Notes: generated by a model from the sequence alone, not told the origin. Positions 25,455 through 35,586 are shown, counted from the first letter of the stretch. The stretch: DNA of 49,550 nt from Bacillota bacterium (GCA_036786445.1 DAIQRD010000001.1:1-49550); one strand, 5' to 3'. Program-made: numbers and translations.

Positions 25455-27344
25455 CTATTCGCTTTCACCTTCAGACTCCTGTTCACCTTCAGGTTCATAC
25501 TGCTTGCGAAAATGCTCTTCCATGATCTGGCGGACTATAGGTCCAGATGCCACAGAACCCCCGCCACCGTGTTCCGCGAAGGCTATGACAACTATTTCGG
25601 GATCCTCCACTGGAGCAAAGCTCCCAAACCAGCTGTGGGCATCGCCCTGGCCCGGTCCTAGCTGCACAGATCCAGTCTTACCAGCAATCTTGACGGGATA
25701 GGGAAACCGACGAAAAGCAGTAGCACCTGTGCCACCACTTTCAACCACTTGCACCATACCCTTGATAACGGCATCCCAAGCCTCCGGTGTCGCCTCAATC
25801 ACCCGAGCGACATGGGGCTCCGTTGCCTCAATCACTTCGCCAGTGGGGAGTTGTATCCTATCCACCAAATAAGGCGTATAGATTGGTCCCCGGTTAGCCA
25901 AACCCATATAGAAAGCAGCCATCTGCAATGGAGTAACCAGCAGAAACCCCTGGCCTATGGCTACATCCATGGTCTCTACAGGGTACCAAACCTGTTCTGA
26001 ACGGGGTCGCCGGGCAAATCGCTGCTTTTTCCATTCTGGATCCGGCACTACCCCTGTTTCCTCGGAGGGATACATGGGTAACCCTACAGGACGCCCAAAA
26101 CCTGCCTGCCTAGCATGACTGGCAATGGACTCTATGCCTAGCCTCAGCCCCAGCTCCCAGAAGAAGTCATTGCATGAGACCTTAATCGCTTCAGAAAGGG
26201 TTATGTTCCCATGGGCAGCCAAGGGAGGATTGTTATTCAGGGTCCAACAGCGCTTAATCCCATAGGGCCCTATATCATCGGCATAGAAAACCTCTCTCGC
26301 AGTCGTCTTGCCTTCGTTTAAAGCAGCAATGGCTACTAAGGGCTTAAAGGCTGAGCCGGGAGAATACAGACCCCGCATAGCTCGGTTGAAAAGGGGTCGC
26401 TCAGGGTCCCGGGAAAGCTCCAGGTAGTAGCTGCTCCTTTGGGCCGCGTCAGATAAGCGGTTGGGATCATAGCCTGGCATGCTGGCTAAAGCCAAAATCG
26501 CGCCAGTTTTGGGATCGAGTACAATCACAACCCCACTGTAAGCATGGGTGTATTTACCCGCCGCTCGCAGCTGGGCTAGCTGCTCAGTCAAGGCTCGCTC
26601 CGCCAATTCCTGCAACTCCCAATCCAACGTCAAAACCAGGTCAGCTCCCGGTACTGCAGGAGTTCTATCTAGAACCTGTACCGGCCGATTCAAGGCGCTG
26701 ACCTCCACCTGGCTGCCTCCATCTTTACCCCGTAGAGACGGCTCGTAGAGGCGTTCCAGACCGGTGAAGCCAATGTAATCAGATCCATAGTAGTCCTGGT
26801 CAGACCAAGCGGACAAGAGTTCACGGGTAATGGGGGCCATATATCCCAGAACGTGGCTAGCTAAAGAATCCAGCGGATACTCCCTGACTTCCTCCATCTC
26901 CACCATTACACCAGGCAACTCAAATCGCCTTTCCTCCAAGGCAACCACTGTCTCCGGGGGGACATCCTGCATCACTCGAATTGCTTCGTAGGGATACCGA
27001 CTTCCCTTGACTATGGCCTCTTCCAATTCCGCCACCGTTAGACCCAACAGTTGGCATAGGCTAGACATCAACTGTTCCCGGGTTTCGCCATCTAAGCCCC
27101 CTGGCATCAAGGAAACAGTAAAAGAAGCCCGGTTGGTAGCCAGCGCTACCCCATTGCGATCAAAGATACGCCCCCGGGGTGCTACAGTGCGGAGCCATCT
27201 GATGCGATTTCCATCGGCCATGGCAGCATACTTGTGTCCCTGAGCAATCTGAAGATGCCAAAGCCGACCAGCCAGGAAAATGAACACAAGGATGATACAC
27301 CAGCCGAGGGTTCGAGCCCTTTCCAACCGCTGTTTGCTATCCAC
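25455..27344 (-). CDS. mrdA: Penicillin-binding protein 2 (elongasome transpeptidase)
   Basis: It has the SxxK (GSAFKP), SxN (VSCND) and KTG (GKTGS) motifs and an N-terminal TM anchor. The GTG start overlaps the mreD stop (TAGTG). Confidence 0.9.
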   Translation of the reverse strand: MDSKQRLERARTLGWCIILVFIFLAGRLWHLQIAQGHKYAAMADGNRIRWLRTVAPRGRIFDRNGVALATNRASFTVSLMPGGLDGETREQLMSSLCQLLGLTVAELEEAIVKGSRYPYEAIRVMQDVPPETVVALEERRFELPGVMVEMEEVREYPLDSLASHVLGYMAPITRELLSAWSDQDYYGSDYIGFTGLERLYEPSLRGKDGGSQVEVSALNRPVQVLDRTPAVPGADLVLTLDWELQELAERALTEQLAQLRAAGKYTHAYSGVVIVLDPKTGAILALASMPGYDPNRLSDAAQRSSYYLELSRDPERPLFNRAMRGLYSPGSAFKPLVAIAALNEGKTTAREVFYADDIGPYGIKRCWTLNNNPPLAAHGNITLSEAIKVSCNDFFWELGLRLGIESIASHARQAGFGRPVGLPMYPSEETGVVPDPEWKKQRFARRPRSEQVWYPVETMDVAIGQGFLLVTPLQMAAFYMGLANRGPIYTPYLVDRIQLPTGEVIEATEPHVARVIEATPEAWDAVIKGMVQVVESGGTGATAFRRFPYPVKIAGKTGSVQLGPGQGDAHSWFGSFAPVEDPEIVVIAFAEHGGGGSVASGPIVRQIMEEHFRKQYEPEGEQESEGESE

Positions 27345-27862
27345 TAATCTTCTAGGCCCCCTCGGTCGGGTATCCGTCCCAACGCAACCAGAGCGTAGTA
27401 TATGGGAAAAGCGAACACAACGTTAAACAGCCCCACCGGCAGCACTACGACCCAAAATCCTTTGACCACGGGTAAAGTACTCCCAAACGCGTTGGCTAGG
27501 GTCAGATAGATGGTCTGTTCCAACCACGTCCCCACCAAGACAGCTAAGGGAGGTACAGCCATATGTTCTCCAAAGATTTTCGGGGCCACCCATCCGCTCA
27601 AGCCCCCCACCACCATCTTACTTACCGCACCCGCACCTATGAGTCGCCCCAATGAGTAGTCAAGGAGAAAACCACCCAAGAACCCTATGATACTGCCCGG
27701 CACCAGTCCATGCAAAAGCCCAGTGAGGATGGCTATAACAGTGACAAGATCAGGCTTCACGCCCACCCATGCCCAGAGAGAGAATACCGTAGATTGCAGT
27801 AACACTGCAGCAGCCAAAGCTACCAATATGACTAGTTTCCTCACACTCTTGCCTCTCCCCAC
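27344..27862 (-). CDS. mreD: Rod shape-determining protein MreD
   Basis: A 172-aa polytopic membrane protein located between mreC and mrdA. Confidence 0.8.
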   Translation of the reverse strand: MGRGKSVRKLVILVALAAAVLLQSTVFSLWAWVGVKPDLVTVIAILTGLLHGLVPGSIIGFLGGFLLDYSLGRLIGAGAVSKMVVGGLSGWVAPKIFGEHMAVPPLAVLVGTWLEQTIYLTLANAFGSTLPVVKGFWVVVLPVGLFNVVFAFPIYYALVALGRIPDRGGLED

Positions 27863-27877
27863 GGATTGCTTGTCCAG

Positions 27878-28693
27878 TTATTTGATGACAAAGACTCGGC
27901 TAATCCTCGCCAGATCGACGTGGGGTGTGACCACCGCCGATAGAGATAGACCATATTGGCCTGTATCCACTGCAGCCACCGTGCCCACCGGTAAACCGTT
28001 GGGATACACCCCACTCATGACCGAAGTAACAATCTGGTCCCCGACCTGTAGGTCCACCTCCTTAACCAAAGGCTTCAAACGCAACTCACTCCAGCGCCCA
28101 CTGCCCTCAATGACAACGGGATCGCCAGTTCTCACCACAGTGGCTCCAAAAGCACTGCGATCATCGGTAATCAGCATCACTTCTGCAGTCTGCGCGGTTG
28201 CCGTGTAGATTCGCCCCACGACCCCTGCCGGGGTTACCACTGCATCACCAGCCTCTAGCCCCGCTGCCTCCCCTCGGTTGATAAACACCTTATCAAACCA
28301 GTTAGAGGGTGAGCGCGCTATGATCTCAGCCGCCACTGGAGGGTGGTTACTGGCAAAAGGAAAACCCATAGCTGCTCGCAGGCTGGCATTTTCTTGCTCT
28401 AGTTGCTCAACCATTTCCAGCCTGCGTTTCATCCACTCAATCTCTTGCAGTAACTCAGCATTGTCTTTCTGCAAGTGGCTATGGTTCCGTATAACTCCCA
28501 CCCAGTGGTTCACAAAGCTCGTTAGATTACTAAACACTCCGTAAACAGGGGCCATTCCGTCTTTGATTTTACTCTCCCAAGGGGACAGCTCACGACGGCC
28601 CTCTGCGGTTATATAGATAAGGCCGATCAAGATAAAGGCAACGAATATAGTGACGAGCATTGGCCACCGGGCCGATATCCACCGCATCCCCAT
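27878..28693 (-). CDS. mreC: Rod shape-determining protein MreC
   Basis: It has a TM anchor, a coiled coil (LQKDNAELLQEIEWMKRRLEMVEQLEQENASL) and a beta-rich C-domain (VVTPAGVVGRI...GVYPNGLPVG). Confidence 0.88.
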   Translation of the reverse strand: MGMRWISARWPMLVTIFVAFILIGLIYITAEGRRELSPWESKIKDGMAPVYGVFSNLTSFVNHWVGVIRNHSHLQKDNAELLQEIEWMKRRLEMVEQLEQENASLRAAMGFPFASNHPPVAAEIIARSPSNWFDKVFINRGEAAGLEAGDAVVTPAGVVGRIYTATAQTAEVMLITDDRSAFGATVVRTGDPVVIEGSGRWSELRLKPLVKEVDLQVGDQIVTSVMSGVYPNGLPVGTVAAVDTGQYGLSLSAVVTPHVDLARISRVFVIK

Positions 28694-28735
28694 TCATCCT
28701 CACCGAGCACAGCTGCTCATATGCTTTAGCCCGAG

Positions 28736-29764
28736 CTAGCTGAGCTTCCTAGTACTGACCATCACCCGTTGTAGTAGGTTGAAATGCTCCAAAGCAGTCC
28801 CCGTCCCCTTAACCACCGCAGTCAACGGATCATCAGATAGATGTACAGGCATACCGGTCTCATCACTAAGCAGTCGGCCCAACCCAGATAGCAGAGATCC
28901 GCCCCCAGCTAGAATAATCCCTTTATCCATTATGTCCGCAGATAATTCCGGTGGTGTCCGCTCTAGAGTCACTTTAACAGCTTCCACAATGGCTTGGACT
29001 GGCTCTGCTAAAGCCACATGGATTTCCTCATCGGTAATAGTCACAGTCTTGGGCAACCCTGTGACCAAATCTCGACCTCGGATTTCCGCAGATTTTCTCT
29101 CCCGTTCTTTGTCTATGTGAGCATTGCCTATCTCTTGTTTCACACGTTCAGCTGTCCTTTCACCGATCAACAGATTATAGGAGCGGCGCACATGCTGAAC
29201 TATGGATTCATCTAGCTCATCGCCTCCCACCCGAATAGACCGGTGGGAAACAATGCCCCCTAGTGAAATGATGGCAACCTCTGTCGTGCCTCCACCTATA
29301 TCCACAATCATGCTGCCGGTAGGCTCCTGGACCGGCAAACCAGAACCAATGGCTGCCGCCATGGGCTCCTCTATCAGCCTAGCATCCTTAGCACCTGCTG
29401 ACAGGGTTGCATCGATCACTGCCCGCTTCTCCACCTCGGTCACCCCAGAAGGAACCGCCACAACGACTCGAGGGCGGAAAATCCCCCTGCGGCGACTCGC
29501 CTTAGCGATAAAATGTCGGAGCATCCGCTCGGTGACATCAAAGTCCGCGATGACTCCATCCTTCATAGGTCTCACCGCAAGTATGTTGCCGGGAGTGCGA
29601 CCCACCATTTCCCGGGCTTCAGCGCCCACGGCCAAAACTCGATTGCTGTCTCTTTCAATAGCGACTACCGATGGCTCCTGTAAGACAATGCCCTTGCCTT
29701 GAACATATACAAGGGTGTTGGCGGTACCTAGATCAATCCCCATGTCTTTTGATAAAGCAATCAT
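28736..29764 (-). CDS. mreB: Rod shape-determining actin homologue MreB
   Basis: It has [22 protein letters not shown] and ILAGGGSLL actin-fold motifs. Confidence 0.96.
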   Translation of the reverse strand: MIALSKDMGIDLGTANTLVYVQGKGIVLQEPSVVAIERDSNRVLAVGAEAREMVGRTPGNILAVRPMKDGVIADFDVTERMLRHFIAKASRRRGIFRPRVVVAVPSGVTEVEKRAVIDATLSAGAKDARLIEEPMAAAIGSGLPVQEPTGSMIVDIGGGTTEVAIISLGGIVSHRSIRVGGDELDESIVQHVRRSYNLLIGERTAERVKQEIGNAHIDKERERKSAEIRGRDLVTGLPKTVTITDEEIHVALAEPVQAIVEAVKVTLERTPPELSADIMDKGIILAGGGSLLSGLGRLLSDETGMPVHLSDDPLTAVVKGTGTALEHFNLLQRVMVSTRKLS

Positions 29765-29830
29765 CTGCCCACTACCTCCTACCTAAGATCGGCTCTAGCG
29801 ATCTCGAGGGCGGGGTCTTGCCCCGCGCCA

Positions 29831-30511
29831 CTACGTGAAAAACCCTTCTTCCTTAAGAGACACAAACCGGTTATCCCCAATTATTATGTGATCGAGCACA
29901 TCGATTCCCAGGATCTCCCCTGCCCTGCGCAGTCGCTTAGTCACCTGAATATCGTCGGAACTGGGGGAAGGGTCACCACTGGGATGGTTGTGCACCACAA
30001 TGACCGCAGCTGCACTGCGGCGGATGCAATCTTTAAATATCTCCCGGGGGTGTACCATGGAGGCATTCAACGTCCCCACAGATACAATAGGTGTAGCGAT
30101 CACCTGATGCTTGGTGTCAAGAATCAAGAGGCGCATAACCTCCCGATCTAGGTAGCGTAACTCCTCCATCACCAAATCAGAAGCATCTTGGGGCGATTGG
30201 ACTACAGCCGGGACCCTCACCAAGGCTTGTACCCGTCTGCCTAACTCCAAAGCTGCCAAGACCTGTGCCGCCTTGGCCAAACCTATACCTTCTATGGATT
30301 GCAGTTCCTCACAGCGGGCCTCTCGCAATTCCCTCAAGGATCCGAAGTGAGCTAATACTTGATCAGCCAAGCCTAGAGCCGATTGATGGCGAGTGCCTAC
30401 TCTCAAGATGATGGCCAGGAGCTCCCGGTTGGATAGTGAATCCACACCATATCCCAGAAGCTTCTCCCTCGGACGTTCACCAGTCGGCAGATCCCTAATC
30501 ACAACACTCAA
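29831..30511 (-). CDS. radC: RadC-like JAB/MPN domain protein (UPF0758)
   Basis: It has an HhH-like N-terminus and the JAMM motif VHNHPSGDPSPS. Confidence 0.88.
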   Translation of the reverse strand: MSVVIRDLPTGERPREKLLGYGVDSLSNRELLAIILRVGTRHQSALGLADQVLAHFGSLRELREARCEELQSIEGIGLAKAAQVLAALELGRRVQALVRVPAVVQSPQDASDLVMEELRYLDREVMRLLILDTKHQVIATPIVSVGTLNASMVHPREIFKDCIRRSAAAVIVVHNHPSGDPSPSSDDIQVTKRLRRAGEILGIDVLDHIIIGDNRFVSLKEEGFFT

Positions 30512-30564
30512 TCTTGTTTACCTCCCTACCAACTTCCAGGAGGTATGGCTGGTAACAAGCACAT

Positions 30565-31143
30565 CTATAGAAGCATAACTCCGAAATTCTGCAAGACTTC
30601 TCCTAACCTAGGCAAAGGCAAACCCACCACATTGAAATAGCAGCCTTCAATTCTTTCGACTAACAAGGAGCCCTTGCCCTGGATACCGTAGGCTCCGGCC
30701 TTATCTAGAGGTTCCCCGGTAGCTACATAGCGGCGGATCTCATCAGTTGATAGTCTACGGAAAAAAACCCGGGTCACCACATGAAAAATCTCTCTCCGGC
30801 CGGTTGGTGCATCAATAATAGCCACACCGGTCACTACTTGATGGCCCTGCCCAGATAGGCAAGCCAACATATCGGCGGCTGCTGTTGCTCCTAGAGGCTT
30901 ACCGAGAATCTCCCCTGTATCCAACAATACTATGGTATCGGCAGCAAGAATTATTCCATCAGTACATCTATCCGCCACCCACCGGGCCTTGGCGTAGGCG
31001 GTCATCTCCACGGTTTCCACCGGTGTTTCACCCACAACGGCATCTTCGTCGATGTCTGGCGGTATTACTACAAAATCCACGCTCAGCATCTGTAAGAGCT
31101 CCTGTCGGCGCGGTGAGCCCGAAGCCAGAATCAATTGGGCCAT
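30565..31143 (-). CDS. maf: Maf-like nucleoside triphosphate pyrophosphatase
   Basis: It has LILASGSPRRQELL and DKAGAYGIQG motifs and is 192 aa. Confidence 0.9.
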   Translation of the reverse strand: MAQLILASGSPRRQELLQMLSVDFVVIPPDIDEDAVVGETPVETVEMTAYAKARWVADRCTDGIILAADTIVLLDTGEILGKPLGATAAADMLACLSGQGHQVVTGVAIIDAPTGRREIFHVVTRVFFRRLSTDEIRRYVATGEPLDKAGAYGIQGKGSLLVERIEGCYFNVVGLPLPRLGEVLQNFGVMLL

Positions 31144-31194
31144 ATGAGTACTCCTTCACAACTCCATAATAGCATACCACCGACAGATGATCAC

Positions 31195-31455
31195 TTAGAA
31201 CGCTCGGAATAATAACAGAGCGATGATCAGCCCAATAGCTGTCGCCAAATTCAACTGCAAGGTAAATCCAAAATGGAATGTAAGAATCCTGCCGATGTGA
31301 ATATCTGTTGGTGAAATTCCCAAAGTGGTGGAGCGGTTGAAAATCGTCACATATCCCCCCAGAGCCTCACCAATAACTGTCCCTATTATAGCCCCAACTA
31401 TGATGGTTAATAACAAGATGAGAATCCGAGCTCTCCGCTGTCCAAGCAACGGCAA
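31195..31455 (-). CDS. Small membrane protein, DUF4321-like
   Basis: 86 aa with two hydrophobic helices. Its position immediately upstream of maf matches where I recall DUF4321 proteins in Clostridia. The family call is from memory of the gene context. Confidence 0.55.
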   Translation of the reverse strand: MPLLGQRRARILILLLTIIVGAIIGTVIGEALGGYVTIFNRSTTLGISPTDIHIGRILTFHFGFTLQLNLATAIGLIIALLLFRAF

Positions 31456-31551
31456 CTACCTCCCCCCTTTTACAGTGGGCAAAGCCCTCCCCCTATCTTA
31501 TTTAATATTCAACCACCCTGGGCCAAGTCCTGCGCCCAGGCCTAACTTACT

Positions 31552-31591
31552 AGAAAAGAGGGTACACAACCTGGCACTCAGGTCCTGACCC
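31552..31591 (-). terminator. Possible intrinsic terminator after the larE-like gene
   Basis: The minus-strand RNA reads GGGU-CAGG-ACCUG-AGUGC-CAGGU-UGUGU-ACCC, an interrupted stem, followed by UCUUUUCU. Confidence 0.35.
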
Positions 31592-31628
31592 TCCCCACTG
31601 CAGCATAGTTCTATGCCCATTGGCCAAT

Positions 31629-32450
31629 TTATAGCTGAGCATTGAGACTCCCGGTGCGATATCCCTCCAGATCAGCTGTAACATATAAGAATCCTAGTTC
31701 TTTGAACCTGTCCACCACTTGCGGTGCTAAATCCAGAAGCCTACTTAGGTCCCTCCTATCCACCTCAATTCGAGCTAGATCACCGTGATGGCGGACCCGG
31801 ACTTGGCGGAAACCCAGATCGTACAGGCGTGTTTCGGCTTGCTCCACCACCTGGAGCCTTTCTGGGGTGATGCTTGTCCCATAAGGAATGCGGGAGGCTA
31901 GGCAAGCATAGGATGGCTTGTTCCAAGTGGGTAGCTGCAAATCCCGGGAGGCCTGTCTGATCTCTTGTTTAGTAATGCCAGCTTCCAGCAAAGGGCTACG
32001 AATCTTCAGTTCCCGAATAGCCTGTATGCCCGGGCGATAGTCATTTTCATCATCTTTATTCGTCCCATCTACCACGAAATTTAAACTATGCTTTTTGGCC
32101 ATTTCCAGAAACCGCTGGAATAGGGCCCGCTTGCAATAATAGCAGCGGAGCGGTGGGTTGTCGACAAACTCAGGAATCTGCATGGCATCTATATCCAGCA
32201 AAATATGCTCTACGCCCAACTGCTCGGCATACAGGATAGCTTCATCTATTTCCCAAGCTGGGTACATAACCGCCTTAGCGGTAACAGCCAATACCCTCTC
32301 TGGCAGCACGCGATGGGCCATATTTAACAGAAAGGTGCTGTCCACTCCCCCTGAAAAGGCTACTAACACACTTTCCATTTCCCGCAGAATACCTTCCAGC
32401 AGCTTTAGCTTATTTTCTAGCATTACCCACCATCCTATCAGATCAGTCAA
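31629..32450 (-). CDS. PP-loop ATP pyrophosphatase, LarE-like sulfur transferase (TIGR00268-like)
   Basis: It has the PP-loop motif AFSGGVDST. Its only three cysteines sit in CYYC and SYACLASR contexts. Its ATG at 32450 overlaps the cysK stop by 8 nt. An alternative ATG lies at 32423. Confidence 0.7.
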   Translation of the reverse strand: MTDLIGWWVMLENKLKLLEGILREMESVLVAFSGGVDSTFLLNMAHRVLPERVLAVTAKAVMYPAWEIDEAILYAEQLGVEHILLDIDAMQIPEFVDNPPLRCYYCKRALFQRFLEMAKKHSLNFVVDGTNKDDENDYRPGIQAIRELKIRSPLLEAGITKQEIRQASRDLQLPTWNKPSYACLASRIPYGTSITPERLQVVEQAETRLYDLGFRQVRVRHHGDLARIEVDRRDLSRLLDLAPQVVDRFKELGFLYVTADLEGYRTGSLNAQL

Positions 32451-33375
32451 AAAGTCCCGGCATGCTTAGATATCTAGTACCGGTATCTGGAAAAATGGCC
32501 ACAACCTGTTGATGCTCATCTAAAGTAGATGCTACTTGTATAGCACCGTGGCAAGCTGCACCTGACGAAACTCCCGCCAAGATCCCTTCCTCTCGGGCCA
32601 ATCGTCTTGCCATGGTATATGCATCGTCATCCGATACTGTGATGACTTTATCGATAACTCCCCGATTGAGCACGGTAGGCACAAAACCTGCACCAATGCC
32701 CTGGACCATATGAGGACCAGCTTGTCCTTGCGAGAGCACTGGTGATCCCAAAGGTTCCACTGCTACAACATGTACTAGGGGCAATTTGTCTTTCAATACT
32801 TCCGCCACCCCGGTAATGGTTCCACCTGTGCCCACCCCAGCCACAAAGGCATCCACCTTGCCCTGCATTTGGCTCAATATCTCGAGGGCCGTTGTTTCCC
32901 GGTGGATTTTGGGATTCTCCGCATTTTCGAACTGCTGGGGCATGAAAAACCCGGGATTGGCTGCGATTAGTTCCTCTGCCCTTTGGATGGAGCCCCGCAT
33001 CCCCAATGAGCCCGGTGTAAGGATTAATTCCGCCCCGTAGGCCTTGAGCAGTTGCCGTCTTTCCAGACTCATAGTCTCGGGCATGGTGAGAATAAGTCTG
33101 TAGCCTAAAGCAGCAGCCACTATAGCTAGACCTACACCTGTATTACCACTGGTGGGCTCCACTATGGCACCCCCTGGTGAGAGCTGGCCTGCCTTTTCCG
33201 CTGCCCGCACCATGCCGAGAGCAATTCGATCTTTGACACTACCACCGGGGTTAAGAGACTCCAGTTTGGCATAGACTGCTGCCCCCCCCGGTCTTGTCAA
33301 TCGCCTCAATCGCACCACCGGTGTGGCACCGATTAAGTCAAGAATGCTATCCGCTGGACGGCTTTGCATATACAT
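32443..33375 (-). CDS. cysK: Cysteine synthase A (O-acetylserine sulfhydrylase)
   Basis: It has the PLP-lysine context [11 protein letters not shown], the TSGNTG loop, and GTGGT. It is 310 aa. Confidence 0.93.
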   Translation of the reverse strand: MYMQSRPADSILDLIGATPVVRLRRLTRPGGAAVYAKLESLNPGGSVKDRIALGMVRAAEKAGQLSPGGAIVEPTSGNTGVGLAIVAAALGYRLILTMPETMSLERRQLLKAYGAELILTPGSLGMRGSIQRAEELIAANPGFFMPQQFENAENPKIHRETTALEILSQMQGKVDAFVAGVGTGGTITGVAEVLKDKLPLVHVVAVEPLGSPVLSQGQAGPHMVQGIGAGFVPTVLNRGVIDKVITVSDDDAYTMARRLAREEGILAGVSSGAACHGAIQVASTLDEHQQVVAIFPDTGTRYLSMPGLFD

Positions 33376-33412
33376 ACTCCTCTCCCTCCCCCGATGGATA
33401 ATTGCCCCCTTT

Positions 33413-34350
33413 TCATAATCCCCGCTTACCCAAATATCTCTCCGCGGCCATGGCGGCTACTGCTCCATCGGCTAAGGCTGTCACAATCTGCCTTAGGCCC
33501 TTAGTCCGAATATCCCCGGCGGCAAAGAGCCCCGGTACTGTAGTCAAGGTATCTTCCCCGGCTACAATATAGCCATTCTCATCTAGGGCCACCACACCCC
33601 GTAAGAAATCTGTATTCGGTAGGGTTCCGATGTAAATGAAAACACCTGCCACCGGCAGGACGGTGACTGCCTGGGTCTTATTGTTCCTAATCCGAATCCC
33701 TTCCACTGCGAGTTGCCCCTCAATGGCTTCCACCGATGTGTTCCAGATAAGTTCGATGCGGGGATCGGCAAAGGCACGTTCCTGCAAGTCCTTCGCGGCC
33801 CGCAGTGTATCTCGGCGATGGATGACGGTAACTCGCTTAGCCAGGCGGGCGAGGTAAAGGCTTTCCTCTATAGCTGAATCTCCGCCTCCGATCATGGCTA
33901 TATCCTTGTCTCTGAAAAATGCTCCATCACAGGTAGCGCAATAAGATACTCCACCACCAGTAAGTTCAGCCTCCCCAGGCACCTGCAACTTTCTTGGTTT
34001 GGATCCCGCTGCAACTATCACTGTTCGGGCTCGGAATACATCCTGATTGGCATCAACTAATTCAAATATCTCCCCATCCTGCTTGATCCCGGTCACATGG
34101 CCATAGATGATCTCTGTGCCCCACTGCCGCACTTGAGCCTCGATCCTATCGGACAATTCCGGACCATCGACAATACCAAAACCCGGGTAATTCTCAATAG
34201 TTGAAGTGTTGAACATCTGGCCACCTCAGCTCGGACTCGGCCTCCTCTCATACCCTCCAACATACAGGTACGCAAATGGGCTCGTCCCGCATATATAGCC
34301 GCAGACATTCCCGCCGGCCCGCCCCCGACAATCGCTACATCATAAATATC
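33413..34350 (-). pseudogene. trxB: Thioredoxin-disulfide reductase, disrupted by a 20-nt out-of-frame insertion
   Basis: The N-terminal fragment (ATG 34350) reads [40 protein letters not shown] and then becomes nonsense. The remainder resumes in another frame with (GQ)[13 protein letters not shown]...YCATCDGAFF. The extra 20 nt lie at about 34220..34239. Confidence 0.85.
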
Positions 34351-34407
34351 TCTACTCATAGGTCCGCCCCCAAGCAATAGGGCATGCCACCTCTTTCCTG
34401 TGATTAA

Positions 34408-35484
34408 TCAATACCACTGAGTCAGTTGCACACCAGTATAATAGTGACCCAAGATATTTCGATAGCTACTGCCCATCAACGCCATGGCCTGGGCCCCATA
34501 TTGGGACATACCCACTCCGTGGCCATAGCCTTTGACATGGAAGGTAAGGCCATCTCCAGCAAGCTCCACAGTGAACCAATTGGAGCGCAGCCCCAGTTTC
34601 TCCCTGATTTCCCTGCCTGTAAAACTCATGCCGAAAATCTCCATACTTCTTACCCGGCCAGTTGAATACAGCTCAGTGATCTGGGCAAACCCAGCGAGTT
34701 TTGGTGCTTCTGAATCTAGGGATTCATCTGGCGCTTCGGATTCATAGATTGTGAATTCCCCTGGTATACCCGGGTTCCCACGATCTAGTTGCTCTTTCAG
34801 CCCAGGCGGGATCTCCATTCCCAGTTTATCTGCTACCTCCCGCCACGTGAGCCATTTAGTTGTCTGGTAATAGGGAGATACTTCTTCCCCCGGACTCGTT
34901 ACTCCTCGCAGGTACGGCAAATCGTTGAAATAAGCACCTGAATCCTGGGTCGTTCCTCCGCTAGTCGAATGGTAAGCCGCGAATATGGGTTGCCCCCCGT
35001 AAACCAATACCTCGCCCCGAGTAGCCTCTATGGCCGAGGTAATCTGCCTGCGTTTCTGAAAATACAAATACCACCCCCACCGCTCACGTTGAGCCTCGGG
35101 AGAGATCCAAGCTTGACCGCTACGGAAATCGGAGGATACATGGGCCTCATTGTCCTTAGGTGAACCGCTGTTGAGCCCCAAGCGGTAAAGGGCATAGGTG
35201 CGGGCGGCAACTGCCTGGGCTTTCAGAGCCTCTTGATGGAAATCCGCCGGCATCTCCCCGGACACAACACCTATAAGATATTCCTCCAAATCCATTTCCA
35301 CTACTTTACCCAGATCTTCCCGTAGCAGCCTGATACTAAACTCTGGAACTTTACGCTGTAGTGGCCAAAGGCGGCTTGACACAATCAACGCCGGTACCCC
35401 CACGAAAACCAGGGCAAATATGACAATATAGAGCATCACACCGGATAGACCAGGACCGCCGCCTCCCCACCGCGGACGTGGCAT
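34408..35484 (-). CDS. spoIID: Stage II sporulation protein D (lytic transglycosylase, SpoIID/LytB domain)
   Basis: It has EALKAQAVAARTYAL, FAAYHSTSGGTT, and GHGVGMSQYGAQAMA motifs. I prefer the start at the ATG 35484, 7 nt after GGGGGAGAG. The track ORF starts 6 codons earlier without an SD. Confidence 0.85.
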   Translation of the reverse strand: MPRPRWGGGGPGLSGVMLYIVIFALVFVGVPALIVSSRLWPLQRKVPEFSIRLLREDLGKVVEMDLEEYLIGVVSGEMPADFHQEALKAQAVAARTYALYRLGLNSGSPKDNEAHVSSDFRSGQAWISPEAQRERWGWYLYFQKRRQITSAIEATRGEVLVYGGQPIFAAYHSTSGGTTQDSGAYFNDLPYLRGVTSPGEEVSPYYQTTKWLTWREVADKLGMEIPPGLKEQLDRGNPGIPGEFTIYESEAPDESLDSEAPKLAGFAQITELYSTGRVRSMEIFGMSFTGREIREKLGLRSNWFTVELAGDGLTFHVKGYGHGVGMSQYGAQAMALMGSSYRNILGHYYTGVQLTQWY

Positions 35485-35546
35485 TATGCGTCTCTCCCCC
35501 ATCTTCTACATTTGCGGACTCAAGGCAGGGCGAGACCGCATTCCCC

Positions 35547-35575
35547 ATGTTATGTACGAAAGCTCTTAGATATGC
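35547..35575 (-). promoter_or_regulatory. Candidate sigma-E type promoter of spoIID
   Basis: Minus strand GCATATC, a 14-nt spacer, then CATAACAT. This resembles the mother-cell sigma-E pattern (kmATATT-N14-CATACAhT, as I recall it). spoIID is sigma-E dependent in Bacillus. Confidence 0.4.
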
Positions 35576-35586
35576 AGGCGACGGTT

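Noticed and set aside
31498-31620. A 40-codon minus-strand ORF (MGIELCCSGEGQDLSARLCTLFSS...) in the larE-DUF4321 spacer.
   Set aside because: It has no Shine-Dalgarno sequence. It runs through two hairpins that are better explained as terminator-like structures. Without conservation data it is not supportable.
34200-34260. Programmed ribosomal frameshifting as an explanation for the trxB break.
   Set aside because: There is no slippery X XXY YYZ heptamer and no stimulatory structure. The downstream frame is closed by a TGA inside the insert, which leaves only two codons for a shift. A 20-nt insertion is the simpler reading.
34093-34377. A 94-aa ORF that could be called an independent small FAD-binding protein.
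   Set aside because: Only its first ~40 residues are TrxB-like, and the rest is frameshifted nonsense. It is the 5' fragment of the disrupted trxB.
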